A stretch of 64,000 nt of DNA from Raillietiella orientalis (Eukaryota): assembly GCA_036172245.1 (NCBI GenBank), contig JAYWIR010000003.1, positions 4,216,001-4,280,000 on the forward strand, given 5' to 3'. Below are positions 26,652-38,300 of the stretch, one piece after another. Numbering within the stretch: position 1 is the stretch's first letter; each line of letters starts with the position of its first letter. The position numbers and the translations under genes were made by a program. Under the pieces are notes generated by a model. The model saw only the letters and a program-made list of their open reading frames with translations. It did not search any database and had not been told where the DNA came from.

Positions 26652-28158
26652 TCAGCTGTCCTTTCCTGGGGGCGAAGACCGGCCCCCAGCTGTCGCCCGC
26701 TCGGCCTCCGACCTCCCGCTGTCGCTGTCGTTGCTGCTGCTGCTGCTCCTTCCTCCTCCCGTTGCTCCCGCTCCGGAGGAGGCGTCGACGGAGACGCCTT
26801 CCCTTTCGCTGGCGCCGTGCTTCTTGCGATGCCTCTCCAGGTTGGTCTGCTGCCCGAAGCAGCGGGAACAGCGGGAGCACCGGAAGGGGCGCTCCTTGCG
26901 GTGGATGTTGCGCACGTGGCGCTGCAGGTTGGAAGAGATGCTGAAGCAGCGGTCGCAGTACTTGCAGCTGTACGGCTGCTCCCCCGTGTGGGTGCGCAGG
27001 TGGCGCGTGAGGTTAGCGGAGCGCGGGAACGCCTTCCCGCAGTACCGGCAGGCGTGGCGGCTCCTCCCGCGGCTCCGCTGGTCCTCGGCGCCCGCGGCGG
27101 CTCCGAACCGCAGCCCGTCCGGAGGGAACGGCAGGCCGGCCGGATCGGAGGGCGACGGGGGGGTGAGCGCGTGGAGGGCGGGCAGGCCGAACAGCGACGG
27201 CACCCGCAGGGCATCTCCCCTGCCCGGCATCGGGAAGGCGGGGGAGGAGGAAGGGTGGTGGAAGTAGGGGAACAGGGGTGGCCCGGGGGGCGGAACCAGG
27301 TCGGTCAGACCGAGCGGGGGCGGGAAGAAACGGTCCGTCGTGGGAAGAGCAGCAGGAAGCGGCGGCGGCGGCGGCGGGAGTCTCCTCTCTTCCTGCCCCT
27401 CGCGGCGGCGGAGGTCGGGAGGAAGGAAGCCGGGGGCTTCGCGCTTGGGGGCCGCGCTGAGGTCAAGGGGTTGCTGTTCCCTGTCGCAGGGGAGAGCGGC
27501 CGTTGCTCCCCGGTCTTCCCGGGCGGGAAGCGGACACGAGGAAGACCGCCTCCCTTCCTGGCGTCCGCTCTCCTCCTCCTCCTCTTCCTCCTCATCTTCC
27601 TCTTCCTCCTCCTCCTCTTCTTCGTCGTCCTCCCCCTGCCGCCGGTCTCCCGTATCCGCCGCTGCAGGGTCGCCACAGGACCTCCGGTGCTTGGCGAGGG
27701 AGGTGACGTTGCTGAAGGCGTGGCCGCAGCGGCGGCACGCCACCTGCACGCGGCAGTCGGCGTGCATCCGCTTGTGGCGGCACAGGTTGGAGAACTGCGT
27801 GTAGGCCTTGCGGCACACGTCGCAGCGGAACGGCTTGACGCTGGAGTGGATGTGCGCGTGCTGCTTGAGGCCGCTGGACGTGGCGAACGTCTTGCCGCAC
27901 CGGTCGCACGCGTGCGACCGCGCCCCGACGTGCTGCGAGCGGACGTGGCGCTGCAGGTTGCTAGGGTCGTTGAACTCGCGCCGGCAGAACTCGCAGGAGC
28001 GCTTCCGGTCGTCCCCCTGGGGTGGGCGAGGGAGGGGGGGGCCCGGCCAGCGCTCCCGCCACCAGGCCAGAGCACGGGACGCCTCTTCCTGCAGGCGGAG
28101 GTCATCGCCGTCGCCGCGACGGCGGAGGCAGTGGCGCTCCGCGAGGTGCGTCTCGAAC
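26652..28158 (-). CDS. ham: Paralog A terminal coding exon (end of finger 1, four N-cluster fingers, acidic tract, PLDLS, three C-cluster fingers, stop)
   Basis: Open frame extends ORF 26652..27818 upstream to the acceptor ctttgcccttgcag|g. TGA at 26654-26652. Confidence 0.93.
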
Positions 28159-30004
28159 CTGCAAGGGCAAAGGCACGCCCCTCTCCTGCCTCCGCTTCCT
28201 CCTCCTCCTCCCCACCCCCTCCTCCTCCGGAGGAGCCACCCTCGACGCGGAGGGGGAGGGGCAGAGAGGGAAGGGACTGCTGCTACTCACCTCCTGGCGT
28301 CCTCCAGGATTTCGTCGCAGAGGAAGCAGCCGAGGGAGGAGGCGGCGTCTCCATTGCTTGGCCGGCCTGGAAAGGACGGGCGAGGGACGCGTGAGCAGAG
28401 GGGGAGCGATCGTTCCCTCCCTGGAAGGGGAGAAGGAAGGGACCGGCCCGCTCTTCTCTCTGGCGGAGCCTCTGGAGGCAGGGCGCCGTGGAGCGAAGGA
28501 ACTCTCGTCCCTCCTCCTTTCGGTCCTCGTCCATCGCGTACGCGACGGGGAGGGGGAGGGAAGAGGAGCGGGCGGGAACACTTCGGGGTTTTCCCCTGGG
28601 CAGAGAGCACTCACCGGGGTGCGGCGCGCTGCTGTGCCGCTCTTCGGCGGCGGTGGCGCCCTCCGGCGCGGGTCTCGTCTTCTCCGCCTCCGTCTCCTCC
28701 GCTCTCGGGGTCTCCTCAGAGGGGGACACCTGGAAACAGGAAAGTTCAGGGAGCGGGGGGAAGAAATTCGGGAGCCGTACCTGTGCTCCTTGGTCCGCTG
28801 CTTCGGGGGCGTCTCCAGCCGCCGCCGCCGCCGCCGCCGCGGCAGCACCAGCAGCCTGCGGGGGCGTCAGCGCGCGCGCACGCTTCCCTGAGTTACCAGC
28901 GGCGTCCGGTAGGCGAGGGTCCGCCCTGCCCCGCAGCATCGCGAGCTGGAAGGCACACACGTGAGGGGGAGGAGGGGGAGGCGTGGCGGGGGCGCGACCT
29001 GGGAGGATCGCCTCCCGGCCGGAGGGAGCGCCCGCACTCCTCCCTAAGCGCCCTTTGACCTGTCAGTCACGATTACCGGCGGCAGCAGCGGCAGTCCTCT
29101 CCCTCCCCGTGCCGCTCCGCCCCATCCCCATATTCTCCCCACTCCCTTCTCGCCGAGGGACCTGCCGAACGGACTTCTCTCCTCTCCCCCCCCCTTTCTC
29201 TCTCCTCAGGGGGAAAAAGGGGGGAAGGACGATGGAGAGGGTGGTCTATGGGGAGAGAAGGGAAGAGGAGACTTCCAGCCTCCCCAGCCCAGTCCCTCTT
29301 TCGACAGGGGTCGCTTTCCCCCCTGCATGCCCCCCTCTCAGTCCCCGTGCCAGCCTCGCACCGCGATTGGGAGGGGCGGACCGGCCTCGGGGAATGAGAG
29401 GAGGAAGAGGCGACCCCCGCGCGAAAGAGCGTGGGGCGAAGGGAAGCCCCCCGCTTCACGAGCTCCCCGCGTGCGTGTGATCCTCTCCGCCTACCCTCGC
29501 GCCGTGCTGCGGGACCGCTCCTGCACCTGACAGCCGGTCCTCCCGGATAGGGAGGCAGAGTCCCTGCTCCCGGAGTAATCGGCGATTATCGGTCGGCGGG
29601 GCCCGTGGGGAGGCGGCGGCGACTGCGACATTGTCGGGGGGCCCCATTCGCGCGCCCTGCGTCCGGGAAGGCGGGCGAGGGTTAAAAAAAAAAAAAAAAA
29701 AGGAAAAAAAAAAGAAAAAGGAAGAGGAGGAAAAAAGGGGAGGAAAGAGAGAAAGGCAGAGAGAGAGGGAGAAAGGGGTGGGGGGGGGGGCGAAGGGGGG
29801 GAGGGAAGGAGAGAGACGAATGGTTCGCCACCGCCGTCGGCCGCCATTAAGCGACCGACGTTTGGATGCCTCTCGTCCAGGAAGGGGGGACAAAGGGCGC
29901 GCGGCAGATAAGCCGCGACCGACAAAAGGGAAAACGGGATTAGAGCGGAACGGGAGAGGAGAGAAGGGGAGGAGGAGGGAAGCGGGGAAAGAAAGAAGAG
30001 GAGG

Positions 30005-30036
<32 letters not shown>

Positions 30037-32218
30037 AAGAGGTGGGGAGGAGGAAGAGGAGGAGGAGGAGGAGGAGGAGAGAGGGGTCCTCCTGTCAGAT
30101 ACGCGGGAACATTTCAATCAACCGGGGAAGGGGTCGGAAGCGTCAGGAGCGATCGTCCCGCCGCCTGCCGAGGAGCCATCTGCGAGCGCGCGACCCGTTC
30201 GTGCCCCTGGGGGCGTCGCGGGAGACGCCCCCTTTTGCACTCCGCACATTCCTCCTTCTTTCCCCCCTTCTCTTCCTCCTCCCACCCCCTCCCTTCCCCT
30301 CCCCTGCTTTCCTGAGCGGACCTTTTCCAGCCCTCTTTCCACGTTTTTTTTCGCCTTCTCCCCCCTCCAGAGCACGCGATGCATCCTCGGTCTCCCATAG
30401 CAACGCGCGAGAGGTGCGAGCGTTCGGGAAGCTTACCTCCCACGCCAGCTCCGGGTCCAGCATGCGGGCTACCCAGGGCGCCCAGAATGGAGCCAAGGGG
30501 TTACTCCGGGAGACGTCCTTCCCGTTCCAGACTGCCTCGCACGGCTCCTTCAGCTCCAGCCTGCCGGGAACGTCGCCGCCGGGAGGGCGCTCCAAGGCGG
30601 GGCGCAGCAGCGACGAGACGGAGAACCGCAGGGGCGCATCCATTCGACGCTGCTGCCGGGTGACCTCTGGAAGCACAGGGAGCTGAGGAGGGGTTGGTCG
30701 TGACCCAGAGCAAAGGAGGGGGGGGGGGGGAAGGAAGGAAGGAACAACCCAACCTGGGGCACAGCCCAGCACGAAAGCTGGGAAGGAGGAAGAAAGGGCG
30801 GAAGGAAGGAAACAGCAGGTCGCCGCCAGCGACGGCAGCATCCGTCTCACCCCTGCACGGGATGGAGCCAGCGACGGAGGCCGCCATCGCACCTGGGCCA
30901 CGAGGAGGCTCCAACGATGGCAGGAAACCTGGAAACTCGGTTTTGCGCCTGTGCACTCCACCTGTGCGGTGGTGCCCGGAGGGCAGGATGGGAGCAGCCT
31001 CCGGATGGCTCTTCGAGCTTGGACGGAAGCGCGCGACTCCCGAAATCCCTGCCCGTGTTGCACACCCGTCTGCCCAAGGGTACAGGAGGTCGCAGGGAGA
31101 CTGCGAGCGTCCCGGCACCATCCCACGGCACCGATGAGGCCTCATCCGCGCTTCCTTTTCCGGGAAGGAAGGGTTTGCTTCCGGGAGGATGCTCTCGTTT
31201 TCGTGGCGACGATACGGCAAGAGGGGGAAAAATTCCTTAGCGAAGACGTCCGCGCTTCCAGGAGAGTACCTTCAGGAGAGGAAGGAGGGGAGGAAGAGAG
31301 AAAAGAGAGCAGAGGGACTCGGGGAAGTGGGGTCGGCTCTCCTGCTCTCCCATGCGAGAGGGGGTGGCCGGATCCAGTGACCTCCCGAGAGGCCGCAGCA
31401 TCCCCTCAGAGGAGTTTTGCGCCTTCAGAGAGGCCCCTGCAGAGGAGCCACAGGGGCAGGGGGGTTCCTCCCGAGGAGACGGCGGATGAGCCCGTGGGTT
31501 TCGACCTTGAGGGCGGCGAGGTGGTGCCGCGGAACCCCAGGAAAAGGGCAAGAGGGAGGTCCCTGGGAACGATCTCGTCGCAGGGATTCCTGGAATTCCG
31601 AGTTGGCCTGCTCCCAGACCCCTCGAGAACGATCCCCCTCCGGCAGGAGGAAACGTCTGGGCGGCCATCGGGATCGTGCGCGTGCCCATGGGGCGCCCTC
31701 CGCCGCTCCCGATCGGACCCGGGCAGGCCTGGAAGGGGAGAAAGAACAGCTCCTGGAGGTGCAGTGTGTCGGTTCACCCACCTCCCTACGCGCCACCAGG
31801 GAATTCCCTGGGTGGTGTCCCTTTGGTCTGCCGCAGGACCGAGACGGGTTCGCGGGGACCCGGTAAGGGCCGAGAGGGCGCATGCCCGGTGGCAGGAGGG
31901 TCGGTCATCCCGGAAGCGGAACGCGCGCGCTCTCCGGATCGCTCATGTCCTCCCCTTCTTGTCCCCAAGGAGGGAAGGGGCAGTGCAGGAGAGCCCCTCC
32001 CCCGCCAGTCGCTGCCGCCCCCGCAGCGCCGGAAGGCTTTCGTACCTGGGGAGGCGCGAGCCGAGCGAGGAGCCCCTCGCGCGTGCCCGAGGGAGGGCTG
32101 AGGGGTAGGGATGGGAGGAATGGGAGATGGTGAGGGTGCTGCTTACCTGCAATAGAAGAGGCGGAGGCTGCAGGCGGCGAGCGAGCGAGGCTTTGCGGGC
32201 GCGCCCAGCGCAGGTCAT
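26652..32218 (-). CDS. ham: hamlet/MECOM(EVI1)/PRDM16-family PR-domain C2H2 zinc-finger transcription factor, paralog A. Spliced model join(32218..32147, 30682..30437, 28945..28781, 28729..28615, 28366..28291, 28158..26652), about 726 aa
   Basis: EVI1-diagnostic fingers ([88 protein letters not shown]) and a PLDLS motif. All introns are GT-AG with compatible phases (0,0,0,1,2). N-terminus MTCAGRARK resembles MECOM MRSKGRARK. Exon 2 ends ...LDPELAWE| like MECOM ...KDPSYGWE|. The 5' exons are less certain than the 3' exons. Confidence 0.85.
28291..28366 (-). CDS. ham: Paralog A exon 5 (first half of C2H2 finger 1)
   Basis: Acceptor cctttccag|, donor ag|gtgagt. Splicing rebuilds [22 protein letters not shown] with exact C-x2-C-x12-H-x4-H spacing. 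Confidence 0.88.
28615..28729 (-). CDS. ham: Paralog A exon 4
   Basis: Acceptor ttcctgtttccag|, donor ccg|gtgagt. Phase 0 in and phase 1 out, as in paralog B. Confidence 0.75.
28781..28945 (-). CDS. ham: Paralog A exon 3 (eroded central PR segment plus poly-Ala)
   Basis: Acceptor tgtgccttccag|, donor cag|gtacgg, 165 nt, phase 0/0. Confidence 0.7.
29684..30080. repeat. Polypurine tracts including poly(A), (GA)n and (GGA)n in paralog A intron 2
   Basis: Direct reading. Confidence 0.8.
30437..30682 (-). CDS. ham: Paralog A exon 2 (N-terminal half of PR/SET domain)
   Basis: Encodes [46 protein letters not shown] followed by the strong donor gag|gtaagc. Acceptor is cctcctcag| (alternative ccag| at 30666; alternative start ATG at 30643). 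Confidence 0.75.
32147..32218 (-). CDS. ham: Paralog A exon 1 coding part ([24 protein letters not shown])
   Basis: Strong donor cag|gtaagc, GRARK motif, and a CCAAT box about 140 nt upstream. Confidence 0.6.
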
Positions 32219-32239
32219 CGAGGGACCGCCATCCGGCCG

Positions 32240-32370
32240 CGAACGACGGTTAATGAGCCAGCGGGGTAGCCACGCGCCGCCGCTTTCCCCACCGGGAAGC
32301 CGGTGGCAGCCCCGCCGGGGACCGCCTCCGCCGGTGACGCGACGGCGGGAGGCGCGCCAATGGGAGGAGA
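32240..32370 (-). promoter_or_regulatory. Candidate promoter of paralog A
   Basis: GC-rich sequence directly upstream of exon 1, CCAAT box at 32357-32361, Inr-like TCATT near 32254. Confidence 0.45.
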
Positions 32371-35300
32371 GCGCGGAGCCGCGGCCTGCTTGCGGGAGAC
32401 GGGGGAGGGGGGGGGGGAGCGGCGGCGGAAAGGAAGGAAGGGAGGAGGAGGGAGAGGACGACAACGACCAGGAGGAGGCGGGAAGAGCCCTCCTACGCCG
32501 CCCCCTCCTCTCATGGGGCGGGGGTGGGCCGGCGGCTCGCCCGGCAGGCGGCCGCCACGCAGCAGCAGTGACGGCAGGGAAAGAAACACACGCGTCCCGT
32601 ATGTGCCTTGCCATTCGATCTCCAGGAACTTCTCGTTGACCAAGGTTTGAGGGAGGAGAAGGAACACGCCTCTTCTCCCATCTTCCCTATTTTAATTTTT
32701 ATTTTTTTGCGTGTGTCTTTTATTTTTTTTTTCTTCCTGCCCCCCATGCTCATGGAGCTTCGCCAGACGCTCGCGAGAGGACTCTCGCCAGACTGGGCGC
32801 TGATCTCCCGCAGCCTTGCTCTCGCGCGCGGCCGCATGGCTCCTTCCCGACGGGAGAAGACGTCCCCGTCTGGTCGGCAGAGGGGGGATCGGGAGAGGGA
32901 CGCCCTCCTTCCCTTCCCTGATTCCCTTCCCCTCCCCCCCGCGTCCTGAGTCAAGGGAAGTTCTCGTGGGCCCCGGAGATTTGCCTTTCGATCCGGGCAG
33001 TGAGGATGGGAGGGGGAAGTGGAGGAGGCTCCCCCTACCTCCCCATTGGAACCTCCCTCCTTTGCTCCCCGTTCCTCCGATAAAGGTCAAGGTGGAGAAA
33101 ACGCTCGCCCTGACCTGCTCCTTCTGAGGGCTGCTGCTCCTGAAATCCTCGACTCCTTCCTTCCTCTGTACCTCGCCCCATCTCTCCTCTTTCTCGGAAG
33201 CGGGAAAAGTCCTCGAGTCTTCCGGGTCGTGCCGCCGTCATCCCGGTCCAGGCTGCTCCATCCAGCGATCTGCACCTGGGCAGCCTCCACGGCAACGAGT
33301 CCTGCAAGCGATCTTAGAGGGGTGTGAGGGACGCCGCCGCCTCCTGAAGACCTTGCATGCCCCCTGCAGGGGTCCCGGTCCCCAAGTCTGCTCCGAAAAG
33401 CTTCCGGAAGGAGCGAGGAGGGGCCACGGGAAGAGCGGGAGAGATTCCCCTCCCCTTCCCTTCCTTCCCGCGCTCCCGTCGGCGAGTCCCTGGGAAGGGT
33501 CCGGCCTCGCCGCGAGGGGCCTCTCCCTCGCGCGGGAGGGGTCCCTCCTCCCGGTCCCGCCTCCGCCTATTATCCCTCACAGGCGCCGCGCCCTCCTCCC
33601 GCGGGCGAGCGAACCGCGGCCGGGAACTCTCGGCCAATTAGCCGGGACGCGCGCGTTTCGTCCTCGCCGCCCCGTCGGGCGCGTCCCGGACGACCGGGAG
33701 CGATAATTGCAGGTTCCCCCGTTCCGTCGGCCGCGCCCATCCCGGGTTGCTGCCTTTGTCCCCCCCCCCTTTCGCCCGCCCGCCCGCCGCGTCTTGCGCC
33801 TGCTCGGCGCAGCCCGGGATGAAAAGGGCGCCCCCCCCTGCCCTTCCCAGAGGGGAAGGGGGGAGGAGGAACGACGGGGGAGCCGGCTATTCCCAGACGC
33901 GGGGAACGCCCACGGGATCTCCAGGAAGGAGGCCGACAAAGGGGGGACTCCGGAGGAGTCCCGGAAGATGCCCTCCGGGATGAAAAGGAGGAAGAGGGGA
34001 GGCGAGAAAGAAAAGCGAGAAAGCCGTTAAACGGGGTCGAGGGGTGGCAGTCCCGGAAAGTGGGGCGGGATGGGGGGAGGAAAGCAGAGGGTTCCCGGGG
34101 GAGGAAAGGAGGCGCCTGCCTCCCGGATGTTCCGCGCGGGGGACGCGGCGCCACTCCAGGAGAGGCGGCGAGGAGAGCGAGGGGTGAAGTCCCGGTCCCT
34201 CGCTCCCGGATGAGGGATCGGCAGTCGGGAGGCGTGCGGGCCAAATGACCCCCACATTTGTCTCCCCTTTGTGCGTCGCTCCTGGTGACGGATGGGGCGT
34301 CCCCCTTATCGGCTGCTCTCGCCCCGGGGACGAGCGGGGAGGAGCAGGGAGATCGCCGCTTCCGATAGCCGGCCGGGAGGATCCGGGAGTGAGGGAGTTC
34401 CGGAGTGCGGAGAGGGCGTGGAGCAACCCTTTGGAGGAGGAGTTTGGACGGGTATGATCGGAGGGCCCCACCGGTCCGTCGGCGGGAAGAAGCACGCCCC
34501 TCTGCATTTTCCTCCTCTTCCTCCCCTCCACCTCTCCCTACCCTCCGGATGTCCCGGAACGCACCGTCGCTCGGAGGGACAACACCTCCCTGCGGACTGC
34601 GCGTCCCGGCGCCGCCACCTCCTGAGAATCCTCTTCGCCGAGTCCCGTCCCTCGTGGGGATCGCTCCGGGATGGGCGTCGGAAAGAGAGGAGGAGGGGGC
34701 AGGAAGTGGTCTCGGCGGTGCGTTCCTGGGACTCCAGCTCCGGGGAGCTCCACCGCCCACCCAGGGATGTCCGGCTTGGACCGGGCGAGCGCTGCGGAAG
34801 GGGACCGGCCCTCGCCCCTGTCACAGCCTTTCGCTGGACTTCCGCTGTCTCGTCGCAAGGAGGACCCGGAGGGCTTCGACTGGGTGGAGGGGGACGGAAA
34901 GTCGCCGGCCGACTCTCCCCGGGCGCCAAGGCGGGCCATCTCCTTCTCCGATGCCGCAACAGAATTTCTCATAATTAGACAGGTGGAAATGGAAAAGGGA
35001 AGGAGGGGGAGGCTGTCTGACCACGTCCCGCGCCCCTGCTCCGAGCTCAGCTCCTGGGCGGGGGAGGATTCGCTCTCCCCTGAATTCGAACCCCCTTCCA
35101 GGAGGCCTTTCCCCGACTCGGAGCGCCCAAAGGGCCGAGGTATTTCCTGGAAAGAGCCGCGGACAGCTCGAAGGGACGGTGCTGGACTTTGCCCGATGGG
35201 GCAGATGGGAGTGGAGTCGCAACGCTGCCTCTGTCTGTTGCCCTGCCTAGAGACGGCGCTCACCGGCGAGGCGACCAGGGAATGCCTCCTTTTCCCTGGA

Positions 35301-38300
35301 GGCCATGGAACGGAAGGAGACGAAGGAGTTCCTCCTCCTCCTCCCTGCCGCTGCTCCACTGTCTCTTCTCTCCGCAGGGCGGTCTGCGGACCCAAAGGAG
35401 GGGACCGGTGGACGAACGCGGCAGGGGAAGAGGGAGCGTGTGTAGGTGTGTGTGTGTGAGGGGGGGAGAAACAGGAACAGGGGGTGGTCTTCCTGGAGGA
35501 GACGGACGTGGGCGCTCCTTCCCCGAGTTCCGGTTGTTGTCAGAGGGGTACCTCTGACCACCCGCGAGCAACGAGGGCAAATCCGACCTCGTAGCCTCTG
35601 CCGATTCCTACCGGATGACGACCGGGAGGGGACGGTGAGCTATCAGTGGGTTTCATGAAGGCAGAAGGAGTTGGGGCGGGTAGGACGGGAAGGAAGGCTG
35701 GTCGCCTCCCCTCCCTTCCGCTGCTTGCAGCCCCAGAAGGCGACGAGCGTTCGCGATGCAACGCTGGCGGTTCGCATCATGGGGACGGTGGCACGCAGCC
35801 GCTGCAACCTTCCTTCGCGACCACGCTGCGGAGATGGGATTGAAGGGATCACGGTGGATGGCGGTCCTTCCTCACCCTTTCCGTTTTCCTGCCCTTTGCA
35901 AGAAGACCAGAACGCTGCCCGGACTGCTGCCGAAACCACTTAAGTGGAGCCTCGTACGCGTTGCCGTGACGACGGGACGCGATGAGGAGAGACGCCAGGC
36001 CTAATGAAACGGGCCGCTCGGCTAATGCACCGTGGAGGACCGCGGCGCTTCCCCAGCCAGAGTCCGGCGCTCCCTCGGTCACGGAGAGCAGGGAGCGCAT
36101 TATTCGATCCGCCGTGTAGGGCCGGTTGGTCTCTCCCTCGTCCCGTGCGCCCTTCCCTACTCGGGCGCCGGCAGAGCAAGCGGCGGATGGCGATCCTGGT
36201 TTTCCCACGGCTATGGATGGGTAGTTCCTAGGGAACTGGATTGGTCTTAAAGAAAGCAGAGGATGCAAGGGTCCAGTGGGTGAGCGACTTGGACCAGAGA
36301 CCTGACCCTCTCCGCAGCCACGGGGCGAACCCCGCCAGCGGCACGCATTCCCCTTCCGAGTGGACCGGTCGCGGTTCCCTCAGAAGGCATCGCGAAATCT
36401 GGCTGCGAGGATTCCCAGGGCTGCAGGAACCATTGCGGCGAGGCCGCTGCAAAAAGAGGTCGGGACACGGCCGTGGGAGCTACAGTGACTCAGAGGGTAT
36501 GGAAGAAGAAATCTCTCAGGAGGTCCAGAAGTTCACGAAAGCATCCGAGCAAGCAGCAGAGACGGAAATTATGTATATAAATATTTTTATGTTACATAAT
36601 AATATTAAAATTATGTAAATTTATACTAAAATAAGAAGAAACGCGAAGAACGAGTGGACGCGGTCTTGAAGAACGGACAGTGAAGGCGCGGGACAGGTGA
36701 GGAGTACTGAGAGGAACAGATGAACGCGACTGCGAAGGACGAGAATCTGAGATTGCAAGAAAGGATTTAAGTCCTTGCAGGAGCAGTGAGTGAGAGGGGT
36801 TGCTCCCGAGAGCCAGTAATCCTCCGCGAGCACCCATGTTAACAGTCGGCGGCAGGCATCATGCTGCAGCCTGCACGCGCCACCACTGCGATCTCCTGCC
36901 GGCGGGAGTGTCAGAGCAGCACCACGAGTCATCCGGCGCGCGAGCGCTCCTCCGCGCGGATGGGTTCGCGCCTGCCACTCGGATTTCGTTCGGCAAAAAT
37001 GAAGGCGAAAGGTGCCGTGCGTGCGTGTGTGCTTGCGTGCGTGGGGAGGGGGGAGTTACACGCTGAGGGGAAGGCCGCGAACTGCCCACGGATCGTTCCG
37101 CGGCTGCTGCCACTCCTCGGGTCAGCTGCCGGCGTCTCGTCTCATCCGAAGAGACGTGGAAAGACGCTGCTGCCGCTGCCGGACCTTCACCTCTCTCCTT
37201 CACCCTCTCACTCTCTCTCTCTCCTCGATCGGTCAACCCCCCCGTTTCCTCTCCTCCGTCTTTCCTTAAGCAGAACAATCGCTCTGGAGACGGCGGGTGT
37301 CTGCTGAGTCCGCCGTCTGGCGACGTCTTCTGCATCCGCCGCCGCACGTACATCAGAAGCGCCTCGGTCAAACGAGATGATCACGATGACGATGACGGCC
37401 ATGAGGAGGAAGAGGACAAGGGGGAAGGGACTCTCTCTGCCTCTCCGTGTGCCCATCTTGCGAGAGCAGCATCCTCGGCGCTCGCCCAGGTCGGGCGCCT
37501 CTTCGTTCCGACAGCAGGCGCTCCTCTAGCCAGCTCGTCGGTGGGCAAAGAGAACGGACGGCGTCCCGCACTGATGGGAGAGACCAATAGGAAGGCAAAG
37601 ATCTACGGGCTCCACGGGAGCTCCAGAGATGCCAGTAAATCAATCCGCGCGCGGATACCGCCGGACAAGCGGGGGAGCTTCGTCGGCAGCCTTCCTCCCT
37701 GGAATGCGTCTCTCCACTCTCGAGGATCCACGCCTGCGGAGACGGACTCCGCCGCCGAGGGTGGCGTCCATCACACGCGGAGTAGGGTTAGTTTCCCCCT
37801 CTCTCATCCTATTCCTCCCCAGTTGTGCAGCCTCCGGCGATTCAAGTGGCCACGGCACTCTCCGAGAGCCTGGGAAGTGTCAACGGGGTTCTTTCACGGC
37901 CGACACCCTGGTCGACCATCCCTCCCTCCGTCCTCACGCAGGCAATCCTCGTGCATTTCCTTTAGGGAATGGGATGGGTGCGGGGGGGGGGGGAGGGAGA
38001 TCCGTTTCCCCTGCGTTCTCTTCTTTCTGGACCTCGGCTAGCCACACGTCTCTCGATGCAGCTTCCGGTTCCGGCGGGGGTGGGGAAGGGGCTGGAAGGG
38101 AAGAGAGCAGGAAGATTGAACGAGGCGGTCCTGGGGGTCACAGACCCCTCCGGAAGTCGGTAGGATCTCCCGAGGCTAATCTGCTTGCCCCCTGCATGTC
38201 CAGGAAGGGGTTCGGGTATGGCTTCTTCCCCCTCGTCCTCCTCCCTACCTTGCCTGCCCCACGCCAACGAAGGCGTTTGGCTGTGCCCTGCCGGCAGCCG

